In this document: in pieces, positions 10,695 to 23,350 of the stretch | How the letters are laid out: each line of letters starts with the position of its first letter | How positions within the stretch are numbered: position 1 is the stretch's first letter | Source: Eledone cirrhosa | Taxonomy: Eukaryota | Assembly (NCBI GenBank): GCA_964016885.1 | Contig: OZ024742.1 | Coordinates: 79,050,001 to 79,114,000, forward strand | Direction of reading: 5' to 3' | Length of the DNA: 64,000 nt | Program-made: the position numbers and the translations under genes | Notes under the pieces: generated by a model | Told to the model about the DNA's origin: nothing | Database searches by the model: none | What the model saw: the letters and a program-made list of their open reading frames with translations, nothing else

Positions 10695-13224
10695 AACATA
10701 CAGCCATACAAACAGATAAATGCATATAACATACATTTATACACTTTGTTAATCTATCAGATTTATTAACTAATCGAACAAAGATATAATTTATACACAC
10801 AAACACGCATATACAACCTGACATTTCACACTTGCAAACAAATAACACACCTACTCATACACACATGGGAAAAACAAATACACAAACATATACCACTCAT
10901 GTGAGATCCCTAAAGCAGTTTCACATGTTCCCAAAAATGCATCCTGTGTACCTGAATACTTTTGATATTTTACAACTACAAAAGTTTCTCAAATGTTTAT
11001 TTTCTTTATTTATATATATATATAGGAAATAAAAAAGAACAAAAATAATAAAAATAACAAAAACAAACATGTTTTGTTTGATCTGATAAACAAGAGGTTT
11101 TTGGTTGTGTGGGTGAATTTTTCGATGCAACAGTTTGTAGAGGGAGCAGGCCCACAAAAAAAATCGTCTTTCCCTTTGTAATATTCAATCCCATTTATTT
11201 GATGTTCAGCTATCAGTAGTAGACGATTTGTGTTTATTGTTGCTGTTGCAATTTTGCAGTTTTTTTTTTGGTTTCTCCTGGAGAGAGATAAGGGGAGCAA
11301 TGTTATCTATTTATCTTTTTGGTTAGCTGCTTGTATTTTTGTAGTTTGTTATTATTGTTGTCTTCATATAATGCAGATTGAAGTGGTGTAAAAGATTAAG
11401 GTGAGGAAACTGCCACATGATATAGAGTTCAAATGCTGTCAGAAAAAAAGCTTAACACTTTCATTAGATCACTCCCAATGATTTTCAAATATTAAAAAAA
11501 AATAATTAAGAATTTAGAAATTTCATAATCGAACTGGTGTTTGAAACAAAGGTTCTTATATAAAATTATGATGGAAGTTTTGGATAAATATCAACACTTC
11601 TAAACAAACAGTTTTGTATGATATAACCAAAGATAGTGTCAGGTGATATGGTATCAAAAGAGTTAGACGAGAGAAAGTATGTGGATTTATGGAAGCAAAA
11701 GAGGTGTGAATGGAAATCCATGTGTATGTAAGTGTATGAGTGGCTGTTTTCTTCTACTATTTAGTTGAGGAGTGAATGGGAATGCTATGGATCTTATTGA
11801 AAACTCTGAGGCTTATAGGAGGGTAGGTGTTCTGAATCACAAGACTGCTTGACTGCTTGCAACAGAGTGGACTTCATTAAAGGCCACCAAGGGCTATACT
11901 ACAGGGTATCACATCTGTTGCTCTAACAATACAACCAATCCACCACTCTGAGCTAGTATTTTATTTTATTGACCTCAAAAGGATGAAAGGTAATGCTAAC
12001 CTTGACAGAAGTTGTTGATGCATATGTGTGATTGTATTTGAATATGCCTATGGGAAAGCATGTGTTAGCATGAAAGTGTGTATTTATAAAAACAAACATC
12101 TGAGTGTATGTTCACATGTACAAGTGTTGCACATGTATATGTGTCAGGTTTATGTTACATGTGAGCGTTTGTCTGTGGATCCATGAATAGGTGTGAGCCC
12201 ATATGCATAAACATGTGATTGTTAATTCATGGATTGCTACATGCATGTATCAGCAAACATTATTGCATGGTGAGTGAGTGATAAAATGTGTGTATGTATG
12301 TGTGTGTGTATGTGTTTGTGCATGAACACGTGTGTTTGTTTGTGTGTGTGTGTGTTTGCAGTAATTGCTGTATTGAAAGATAATTTAAAATACAGAAATG
12401 AAACAAAATCCTATCTGCCTTACTCTACCATATCTTCACAGGTCTCGACACTTTCCTTAATTATGAAGAGAATAAATGACTGAGACAGAAAAACTATTTT
12501 CACCCAACAAATAGCTAGCCCTGCCTCCTTCATAGCTTTGAGTACCCACAAGAAATTGTTGTTGGAACTCTGTTGGTAACTAAATGTGTATTCCAATTGT
12601 TTGATCAACAGAACAGCCCACTTGTGAAATTAACGTGTAAATAACTAAGCATTCCCCAGACACAGCTATCTTCAATATACTTTGCAGGGAGATTCAGCAT
12701 AATACAAGTGACAAGGTTGGCCCTTTGAATTACAGGGACAATTCATTTTTTCCCCCAAGTGAAATGAAGCAACATGAGATAAAGTGCCTTGCTCAAGGGC
12801 ATAACATGCCCTGTGACTTCACGCAGGAAATTGGCAGCACAAAATGTAACATGAAAACAGAAGTGGTTACAGGTAGTTGAGTCTTGACATTCTAATGGGG
12901 AAAAAGTGATAAAGAGAAAAAAGGGAGAAAGCAAAGGTGAGTGAAAGAGTGTGGGGGGTGGGGGGTGAACCTATTAAGAAAGCTTGAAGAGAAGAAAAAC
13001 AAAGACAGATCTCAGCAATCTTGCAATATTCTTTCCTTCAGGCAGTGCCAGAGGGAAGGAATGTTAATAATTTGTGGTCAAGGAAGATCTTTACCCAAAT
13101 GTGGTTGTAGGTGGAAATATCTATGTGTGTGTGTATGTGTATATATATGGTTAGGGTGTTCAACACAGAATCATAATGTCATGTTTTCGATTCCCAGTGG
13201 AATGTTGTGTCCTTGAATAAGTTA

Positions 13225-13462
13225 CTTCATTTCACTGTAAAATGGTCGTGATGGTGACATAACAAAACAGACCTAGCCCACACTGTAAATTGGCTGTGTA
13301 GGTGTCACCCAGTACTCATTGTAAAATTGGTTGGCATCCATCCATAGAAACCAAGCCAAAATCGGTTCTGTATGAGCAACACACAGTCACCTGATCTCAC
13401 AATGGGACAACTCGTCTAACCCATGCTAGTATAGAAAATGGATGTTAAACGATGATGATGAT
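13225..13462 (+). mobile_element. RTE-type 3' UTR / SINE tail fragment
   Basis: cactgtaaa units and the terminus aacccatgctagtatagaaaatggatgttaaacgatgatgatg. Confidence 0.75.
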
Positions 13463-14023
13463 ATATATATATATATTCGAGACTAGCAAGACTCATCACT
13501 TAACCATAAAGAATATATATATATACACACACATGCAACATAATTCTCATTATGTATTTGTATATATGCAAATAAGTTTCTGCATATGAGTGGAACAAGA
13601 GAGAAGGGAGAGAGTGAGACAATGGGGTGGGGGGAGAAAGAGTGGGGCAGTGGATGGTAGAGAGAAATAGAGAGGGAATGGGAGAGAAAAACGAAGGCTA
13701 TGTTGGCAGCATCTTAGAGAGCCAGAACAGAGTACATATAGATCTCAAAATCACAATCTAATTTTCTTTCTATTAGGAATCTGTGGAAAAATCAAACCGA
13801 AAATAAGACACCCACACAAGAAACAAAAAATGTCGAAGTTGCACACAGAAAGTAAAAGCTATGTTATTAACCTCCAACTGTCATAACTGTCATAACAGTT
13901 CTATTTGACACAAGTCATTATGGTTATTCCATGCTACCATACAGTAACAATTCTCATACAATGTCTTTATCCAATCAATAGTGAACCTACATGAAATTGC
14001 AGGTTTCTAGGTACCTGTTGTTC

Positions 14024-14092
<69 letters not shown>

Positions 14093-16261
14093 TTATATAT
14101 ATATATATGTGTGTGTGAGTGTGTGTTTGTGAATATATATGTACACATATACACGTGTATGTTTATTCTTGATGGAAATACATATACAAAAAAAAAAATA
14201 CATGGTAATAAGAAATTTCTGTCCTCAGCATGTACATCATCACAACATTACAATACATTATAGTATTCATTTCAATAGTTCACCAGTGTATCATTATCCT
14301 CATTATCACCACACCACAGCTAAATTTTCATTATAATAATTACACTAATCATAATGCTCATCCCCACTACCACAACCACCATTTCCAAACTTGGTTCTAT
14401 GAAGTGATTCATCATCAACCACCATACAGTCATCATTATCTTCATCTCACACTACATCAGTGTATGTGATATCAACATCATCAACTTATTCATTGTCATT
14501 AACATCATTTATATCCCATTGTAATCACTAAATCTGTCATCAGTGTCATCATCATTATCACCAACTGCAAAGATCTCATTACTAACCCAAATGTCAGCAA
14601 GTATTGTAATGTAAATCACTTTACATAGCAAGGCCAATTTTAGTATCAGGTCATTATAATCTATTGAAATGACCTCACTATATTACTGGTGCTTATTTCA
14701 ATGAAAGGAACAGCAGCTGTCATGCTTCTGATCAAATCAAACTTGTTCACCACAGCTGGTCGATGTGCTAGAACTAGCAGGCAAATCGCTTCAAATACAC
14801 ACTATCATCACTCACAACACTTTAGCCCTTTCATCACTCACAATGCCCTTTCATCTCCATGTTTAAATGAGACGCACTATATTTCAATTAATTAAGGAAA
14901 CATTTGGAAGGATTTACTAAAATTCCATAGCATTTATAACAGAGCAAATAGTTATTATATAAAATTATGTTGGAAGATTTTAATTTAAACAATTTTGTTT
15001 CATAGAGTCATTGCCTGCTTGGTATCAAATGGGTTATGAATTCAGCTAATCCACTGCATCTGGACTGCTATTTTATTTATCAACTCCGAAATGATGAAAG
15101 GCAAAGTTAACAACAACTGCTGCTGTGTAACTAACTGCTTGCAAAACCTGGAAGAAAAGAAATTAAGGATGCTCTATTGCAAGAAGGGTGAAGCAGAGAT
15201 GAGCTGACATAAAAACTCGGCACAAGTGGAATTGTAGCAGAGAAGGCTGTACTGGTAGAGACATGTGATGGATATAGGTGGAGAAGTAACAGAATTTCTA
15301 AGAGGAAGAAAACAGCAAAAGAGGAAGACCAAGGAGTATATGAATAGAAGTGATGAATGTCAATATCAGGATACTGAACCTCATTAAGAAGGTAACATGG
15401 GGAAAGAGAAAAGTAAAACTTGTTTAACCTGTGCAAGCATAGAAAAACAGGCATAAAAATAATTGTTTCCACTTTTGGCACAAGGCCAGCAATTATCCAG
15501 TACATTACTGGTAATTTATTTTATCGACCCCATAAGGATGAAAGGCAAAGTTGACCTCGGCATAAAAATAATGATGATGATCTTTTCTTAATGACTAAAT
15601 AATGTTTTCCCAGGTAATATTGGTTTCTGATTTAGGCACAAGGCCAACAATGTTTGGGGAGGAAAAGGTTGATTAAATTAACACTGCATTACTGGTACTT
15701 TATTTTATTGACCCTGTAAGGATGGAAGGCAATGCTAACCTCAGCAGGATTTGAAATCAAAATGTCATAACTCTATGTCACGAAATTTGGTGTCCGACAA
15801 TCTACCAATTCTGCCAATCGACTGCCATATTCAAATATTGAAACCCCAAACTATGAAACTACTGATTATTGTCATGTTATAACTTCCCTGAAATGTTAAG
15901 CTATCACGTTGCAACATTTGAAGTTACACCTTCCAACAACAATGTCAACAGTGTACTTCATGAGAAATAATGTGCTTAAAATCTTCATATTCAAATTAAA
16001 AACCATCCATCATAATTTTCTGTCAAACTAATTTCTGTCAAAACTAATTAAAAAGCAGAAGCATAATGAAAGTGTTAAGCATAATGAAAGTGTTAAAATT
16101 TATTTCATAGAAAACTAAATGATTACAATATCACCTTAATCTTACATTTGTAGGAGAGGTGATGAATTTCATTTTTACATAGTAACTCTAGAGAGGGTAA
16201 TGATATTAGTGATATTAACAAGTGTTATTGTTGGAATCAGGTATTTCTTGTGGGTGAGGGA

Positions 16262-16501
16262 TTAACCCTCTTGATACAAAGCAGCCTAAATCTGCCATAA
16301 AAGTTTTGTTTTAAAGTGTTTATATTTATTTGAAAATCTTCTTATCTTAATGTAAAACACTAAGTTATGCTGCAAACACCAATGTAAAAACAAGAAAGTT
16401 ACTTACATTACTAAATCTTTCCAAATACTTGATTAATTTCAACACGATTCCAAAATTATAAGCAGCGTATTTCATTAGAAATATAGTGATGAAAGGATTA
16501 A
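16262..16501. mobile_element. Degenerate TTAA-ended MITE family 2; relatives near 11460-11666, 14870-15036, 27057, 28783, 29218 and 54336
   Basis: Shared ends ttaaccc(t/a)(c/t)ttgatacc.. / ..ggtatcaaa..ggtta and similar internal sequence. Confidence 0.55.
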
Positions 16502-16847
16502 TGAGATAGATGAATGGTTTCTGATAAAAATTAACCCTGAGATTTTAAAAGTAAAATGTAGAATCTGCAGTGAAATGAGTTCAGTTTTGTTAACTATCTA
16601 ATTTGCCAGTAACTTTCAGTCTTCGTATGTTAATTTCGTATAGAATGTTCTTCTTTACTTCCAATATAGTTATTAGTGATACAGTTAGCCATATGATGTT
16701 GATAAACATTGAAGATCATTTCTTATAAATCTTTTGTCTTGTCAAATTGCATGAAGATTTGATTCAATTATTTTCAATGTTAGTTTATTTGATATATTTT
16801 ACATAGATTTTATTTAACTGAATCTAACTGAATACATTTAATGATAA

Positions 16848-17050
16848 TAATAATTGTTTCTACTTTAGACACCAGGCCAGTAATTTGAAGGAGGAGGTCG
16901 ATTAAATCGACCCCAGTGCATTACTGGTGCTTTATTTTATCGACCCTGTAAGGATAAAAGGCAAGCTAACCTTGGCAGAATTTTATCTAAGATCGTAAAG
17001 GGCTTTAACTCTACACTTCCTGACGCTCTAATGATACTGCCAATCCACCT
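16848..17050 (-). mobile_element. SINE family A, longer variant with internal gtcgattaaatcgacccc
   Basis: Same core (atcgaccc..aggat.aaaggcaa) and the tail aataattgtttctacttt. Confidence 0.8.
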
Positions 17051-18755
17051 AATAATAGTCAACATGTAACGTCCACTTTCCCTGCTACCAAGGGGTGGAC
17101 AGGTCTTCACAGACCTAGTCAGTACTGAAAAAGGGGCCACTGACATCCCAGACAGGCTGGTGGTTCTTGTCTCACATACAGTTACGCATTCTACCAAGTG
17201 CATTTTCTCGTGGCACCAACACTATGGACGTTTTCATGTCTTTAATACAACTAGAGAATCCTCCCAACCTTTTGCTTGGCAAGATTTCTATGGCTGGATG
17301 TCTTTCCTAACACCAACAACTTTATAGCATATACTGGGTGCTTTCATCGTGTAGATCACCAATACTATAGAGGTTGTTGTGTTGTTGACAGAACTGATGC
17401 GTCCTCTCAACCCTTATATATATATATGTGTCTGTGTGTGTATATACATATATATTTATATGTGTGTGTGTGTGAGTGTGTGATCGTTTAACATCCAATT
17501 TCCACACGAGCTTGGGTTAGACAGGTTGTCCCATTAGAGGCTAGTTGGGTCAGGGGACCGTGTCTTGTCTCATATACATCTATATATTTATGTGTGTGTG
17601 TGTATATATATATATTGTCATCATCATCATCATCACTGTGGGTTAGATGGGTTGTCCTGTTGTGGGCAGTGCCAGGTTAGCTGACCTTGTCTTGCTCATA
17701 TGGGAAGTGATTTTGGCTTGATTTCTGCAGCTGGATGCCCTTCCTAACACAGTGAGTGCTGGGTGCTTTTTTTCCGTGGCGCCTATACGGCCACTTCACA
17801 GTGTGGACTGGGTGCTTTTTTGCCGTGGCACCTCGACGACCACTTTGCGGTGGGAGGGGGTGGGGGCATATTCTCTATTATGTATATATATGTATATATA
17901 TATAAGCATTATCGTCATCATCATTCATCAGTTTTCCCATGAAGGCATAGGTTAAGACATTTCATTACAGACTTATCAGTACTGAGTTTTTAGATGGTTC
18001 AGGTGACCCTGTCTCACTCAAATGTGTTTTATTATGTTATGGCCTCTATAGTTGTATGCCTTTCTTAAAGCTTACTACTCAGTAAAGTGTACTGGGTGCA
18101 TATTATCATGGCACATATATATCTCTGTATGTAAGAAGAAACTAAGTGGGTGGATACTAGAAAGGGCATCAGACTGTAAACAACTGCCTTAAAAACAGAC
18201 CCATAGTGAGTATAAAGCTTTTCATGGTTTAGGCAAGGCTAATCCCTCCTTTAGCAGGGAAATTGCACATACACTGCAAATTACATGTTGGCATAGCCAC
18301 ACATATCTCAATCTCTCTTAACGTTTGAAAATCATGAAACTGATAGAGTTATGAGTTGTTGTAAATAAACAACACTTACAGACTCCAATTATATTTTCAA
18401 CTTCTTATTCCTATATTTTAACCCGTGTAGAATATTTTAAATAAACCTTACATGTATATATAAATATATACCATTTGTGCTGTGTGGTTTACCAATAGGT
18501 AGAGTTGATCAGTCCAGTTAGCAAACCATGATTTAATAGTAAGAAAAACACTATGTTGTGCAACTCATTCATCGTAGATATGGAATCCCGTGGCTGGTGC
18601 AGGAACGGAGTTAAATATTTATTTAAAACAACTGAAGGCTGGAGTGGAAATATCCCTTAAAAACACTATACACATGACTATGGCATAATTACATCATCCG
18701 ATCATGACTTAAGACCTTAGCGACATCATCAGGTGTGGATTGCCCAATTAGTTCA

Positions 18756-19063
18756 TCAATAAAAGGAATTACGGCAAACACAGAATATATTTGATTCAGA
18801 AATGGCCACAAAATTTGGTGTTATTTTTGCGGTGAACCATCTCCAAAGAACACACATTGTGGGTTTTGGTAGGCACAACCAATGGGTGCATGAAGGTTGT
18901 TTGGTGGTGACAGAAATTTTGCTGTTCATAGATAATGTCATGTCATTAATCAGAACCAAACTGTCTGTTGCTACAATGGTTAGAGGTACTAAACTCTGTG
19001 TCATTAGACCCTGGCTGAAAACCAGCATAGCGTGATGGTGAGGAAAATTAAAGGAGATGACTG
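18756..19063 (-). other. Candidate exon in unique sequence
   Basis: A pyrimidine tract plus TAG/CAG (ctctttttataatttttatacttttatagcag) precedes about 100 open codons. No homology recognised. Confidence 0.2.
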
Positions 19064-19777
19064 CTATAAAAGTATAAAAATTATAAAAAGAGAGGTTGAA
19101 TGTCACATTAAATAAATTAAGAAAAGTGAATTACGAAAAATATATTAAGAAATATGAATATAAATATTATAAAGTAATTATAATCTTAATGTCAGTGATT
19201 CATTAAAGGTAATTGATTAAAGAGTAAATAATCTAGTTCACGCTTATATGTGAGTGTTTGTATTGTGAAAGAAAAAAAAAATGAGACTGACATAATAACC
19301 CTCCTTATCTTTGCAAGGTCCAAAAATGACATACCATTATCGAGTATATTCAAATATTGAAGAGGGGGGAAATTAGTTGATTAATTAATTTCAAGCACTC
19401 AAGTAATGGAAACAAATTTTAGAATCTTGCATGCAACTTAGAAAGCCATCACATGGTGAGTTTGTGGTGCATGATATATCTAATAATAGTAATGTAAATG
19501 TTAATGGTGATAAAATTATGTAGGGTGGATAAAAATAAATGCAAGTGCATAGTTTAAATTAAAATTGAAGTTAAAAATAGAGATAGTTAAATTAAATCAG
19601 TAGCTAATAATAAGGCGAATGGGTCACTTAATATCAGATCACATATGGAATATCATATAGTTATATAAGATAAAATATAAACATATAGAAAAGGTGTAGA
19701 TTAAGGGTAAATTTTACAATAAGTAGTATGTCCCTAATCCATTTTTCCACACATATATATAAGTGGGAAAATGGACA

Positions 19778-20006
19778 TTAACTCTTTAGCATTTACATAA
19801 CCCTATAGTTACTATTGTATTTTCATGGTAAAGGCTTTACCTCACTTAATTATCTCACATAATATAAAATTTATGAGATTTTGATATTATTTATTTTGAG
19901 AACAATACCTAAACATAAGTATGAGTGGCCAGTTACAGCTGGTTTGAACAGAAAGAGGTGAGAGAATTCTGGCCGGATACAGCCAGTTTAAATGCTAAAG
20001 GGTTAA
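19778..20006. mobile_element. piggyBac-like MITE family 1; other copies at about 52901-53080 and 54673-54893
   Basis: TTAA-CTCTTTAGCATTTA ... TAAATGCTAAAGGG-TTAA terminal inverted repeats. Confidence 0.8.
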
Positions 20007-20036
20007 ATGCTGGTGATGATGAATAATGATTGATTA

Positions 20037-20376
20037 TATCATCATCATTTCATTTTACGTCCGCTTTTCCCTGCTTGCAAGGGTGAGACGGGAACTGATT
20101 ATGGCTTGATTTCTACAGCTGGATGCCCTTCCTAACACCAACCTCATTTATAGTGAGTGCTGGGTGCCTTTTTGCCGTGGCACCTCCACGACCACTTTGC
20201 AGTGGAATGATAGGGACTGGGGTCCCTATCATCTCATTTCTACAGCTGAGTAAACTGGAGCAATGTGAAATGAAGTGTCTTGCTCAAGGAAACAACACAT
20301 CACCCGGTCTGAGAATTGAGCTCACAACCTTTCGATTGCAAGGCCAATGCTCTAACCACTAAGCCATGTGCCTCCA
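20037..20376 (-). mobile_element. SINE family B, full length (tRNA-like head, conserved core, RTE-derived tail)
   Basis: Minus strand: ggaggcacatggcttagtggttagagc (A box), gagctcaattctc (B-box-like), ccttgagcaagacactt core, then ggttggtgttaggaagggcatccagctgtagaaa and (ATG)n shared with the RTE 3' end. Confidence 0.9.
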
Positions 20377-20384
20377 TATATATA

Positions 20385-20576
20385 TGGTGGTGGACTGGCA
20401 GTATCGGTAGAGGGTCGGACGCCATGCTTTGACATATAGAGTTACGGCCTTTGCCATTCTGAGTTCAAATCCCGCCGAGGTTAACTTTGCCTTTCATCCT
20501 TATGGGGTCGATAAAATAAAGTACCTGTAATGCACTGGGTAATTGCTCGCATGGTGCCAAAAGTAGAAACAATTAT
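20385..20576 (+). mobile_element. SINE family A, full length
   Basis: ggtggtggactggcagtatcggtaga (A box), gagttcaaatccc (B box), gcctttcatccttatggggtcgataaaataaagtacc core and an AAT tail. Confidence 0.9.
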
Positions 20577-20577
20577 A

Positions 20578-21185
20578 TCTATATATCTAAAAGAGAGAAT
20601 GTCTGTCTGACTCCCTAAAACTCGAGAACCACCCAACCGATTGTTTTCAAACTTTACGCATGTAACACTTATCATCCTGTGAGTGTTTTGGGCAAAAAAT
20701 ATTTCAAATTTTCCATGCCCTAGGGACCGCATTAAGCGATTTAGCGATCTCTCTCTATAATTCTTAGTCTTTCTTTTTAGATAGATACATAGATATAACG
20801 TTGCACCCTTATAATTGTTTCTACTTTAGGCACAAGGCCAACAAATACCCAGTGCATTACTGGTACTTTATTTCATCGACCCCATAAGGATGAAAGGCAA
20901 AGTCAACCTCGGCGGGATTTGAACTCAGATCGTAAAGGGACGTAACTCTGCTGGAAAGCATGGCGTCCGACCCTCTACCGATACTGCCAATCCACCGCCC
21001 TTATAATATATGTCTGTATGTCTGGCTGTCTGCATTACGACATTATGACGTCGTTGTGTGTGTGTGTGTGTATGTATATGTATATAGTGTATAACGTTTC
21101 TGCGTTTACAGATTGATTTTTTTAGTTTCAGAAAATCCCGTTAAGGGTGAAAGCAGCGATTCTTTGCTTAAACTTTAATCTGTTA

Positions 21186-21231
<46 letters not shown>

Positions 21232-22258
21232 TATATTTGTGTACAGATATTTTTGCATACACAATAACAAAATATAAACAAACGTATTTATTTTAGGAGG
21301 CACGATAAGGATAAATATATATCAAATATATAAGAACCCTAGAGCAAATCCCGATCATAAGCAATTGGTTTGTCACTCATATTTAAGTTCTCAGTTCAAA
21401 TTCTGTCTTTCATCCTTCCTAGGTCGATAAAATAAGAAGTTAACGGCATTGGTAGAACTTTGGAAAAAAAAGTTGTGATTGTCTGGCGATTAACTTGATT
21501 TAAGAGCGTGTGTTGAAACTGAAGAAATGATATCATGGAAGAGTGCCTTTGGCCATTCATAAACACTCTAAACTTTTAAATTAAGTATTTCTTGATGTCA
21601 AAATTTGAATTGTGTCAGTGATCAAGGCACCAAAAATAAACGATAAATATTTTTTTAAATACACACACGTGTATTTTTTTATTTTTTTTTTAATTTTGAA
21701 AGGCTGAAATGACTCTTTAACGATATAATTACATTGGACAAAATGTTTTTGCAGTATTTTCCCGTTTCTTACATTCTGAGTACATAAACAGATAACGTAA
21801 AAGTGATTTATTGTTAACGACGGAGAAGCATGTTTTACTCCAGTATAGCCAGCTAAAAAGAAATGAGTACTAGCTGTTAATTCTTCGATGAAATGGCGTC
21901 CTGTCCGAGGGATAGTCTTTTACTCTAAGTCACTTAACGCCAAGAAACTGAGATAAGCTCTGATGTCTTTCGAAATATTTACATCTGCATTGATTTTCTT
22001 TTAGCTGCATACACAATAACAAAATATAAACAAATGTATTTATTTCACGAGGCTCGACAGCAGCAAAAACAACAACAAAAAGAGAGGGAACGCAAATTCT
22101 TAATGGAAAATTATTTGCCTATTCACCCAAGGCGACTTCACTTTTTACTAGGACTTCTGCATCAATTGGTGAACATACGACGAAACTGTTTCAGAAAGGA
22201 GGGATAAACATGCCAATCTATGTTTAGAATCCCGAGCAACGCCGGGCCATTCTGCTAG
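20578..22258 (+). mobile_element. Non-autonomous Helitron (~1.7 kb)
   Basis: 5' TC (a|TCTATATATCTAAAAG..tgtctgtctg). 3' hairpin CCCGagcaacgcCGGG at 22231-22246, then CTAG at 22255-22258. Inserted between A and T with no TSD. Confidence 0.75.
20811..21001 (-). mobile_element. SINE family A nested in the Helitron
   Basis: Full-length reverse complement of family A; cccttataat occurs at both ends. Confidence 0.9.
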
Positions 22259-22964
22259 TATATATATATAGTAGTGAAAAACTGGGAGGTTATATCCAAA
22301 GTTAGCAGAGCATTCAGTCCAAAGGATGGGTTCAGTATAGAATTAGTTCCACAACAAATTAACAAATCATACTTCTTAATTTGTTGTGGAACTCTACACC
22401 ACTCAAGTATGGTTTGTTAATTTGTTGTAAAACTCTCTCTCACTCACTCTCTCTCTCTATATATATATATATATAAAATATCATCTGTGGAGGAGTATAC
22501 ACACACATGCACATATACATGATGTCTCATAAGTAAAGAAGCATTGGGATTTAATATCTATTCCATTATGCTGGCATAGCTAATACAATTTTGGCAGATC
22601 TGCCAATATTTGGCACCCCACTAACTCTGCATTGTGTGTACTGCATGCACTTGAGGTAAATCAGTTCTCATCATGAAGCATATTGTAGAATTTTAACAGA
22701 GGTCTTGTAATTGGAAAGTAGCTAGTTATGCTGTTCAGATTTAGATTCATTCAGGCATTTTTGTGGGGTTAAATATATTATCATCATCATCATCATCATC
22801 ATCGTTTAAACGTCTATCTTCCATGCTAGCATGGGTTAGACGGTATTAGTATATAAATATATATATATACACACATATTTTTATCGACAAACACACACTC
22901 ATATAATCCATATAAATTAAGATTTGTCGTGTCTCTGTGTACGTATGAATTCTTATGAGTCATC

Positions 22965-23350
22965 ATTACCATTTAACAACTATTTTTCCATGCTTGAATG
23001 AGTTAAACAAGATGTCATGTTATCAGACAAGCCAAGTCAAGTGACCCACATCTTGCTCATATGGATCTCTATTTTGGCTTGGTTTCTACAACTGGGTGCC
23101 TTTCCTAATGTCAACCGCATTACAGTGTTGACTGGATGCTTATTTATTGTGTACCAAAATGACCATCTAACAGGGTAGACTGGATGCTTTTTCATCATTT
23201 CATCAGCACATCCACCTGACAAGGTGGATTGGCCACTTTTAGTCATGTCACCAACACAAGCACCTTACAGCGTGTAGTGGCTTCTTTATTCTTCAGACAA
23301 TATAACTACCTTAGAAGATGGACTGGGGGCTTTTGTTGTTGTGGCACTAG
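22965..23350 (-). mobile_element. Old RTE 3' UTR with a degenerate ~45-bp unit array
   Basis: ttccatgcttg.., ggtttctacaactgggtgcctttcctaatgtcaacc, followed by repeated tacag.gt.gactgg.tgcttttt. Confidence 0.65.

Noticed and set aside
20123-20362. Recurrent '[14 protein letters not shown]' ORF family
   Set aside because: Antisense translation of SINE family B; indels differ freely among copies.
20300-20480. tRNA genes
   Set aside because: The A/B boxes belong to multi-copy SINE heads and no complete cloverleaf is evident.
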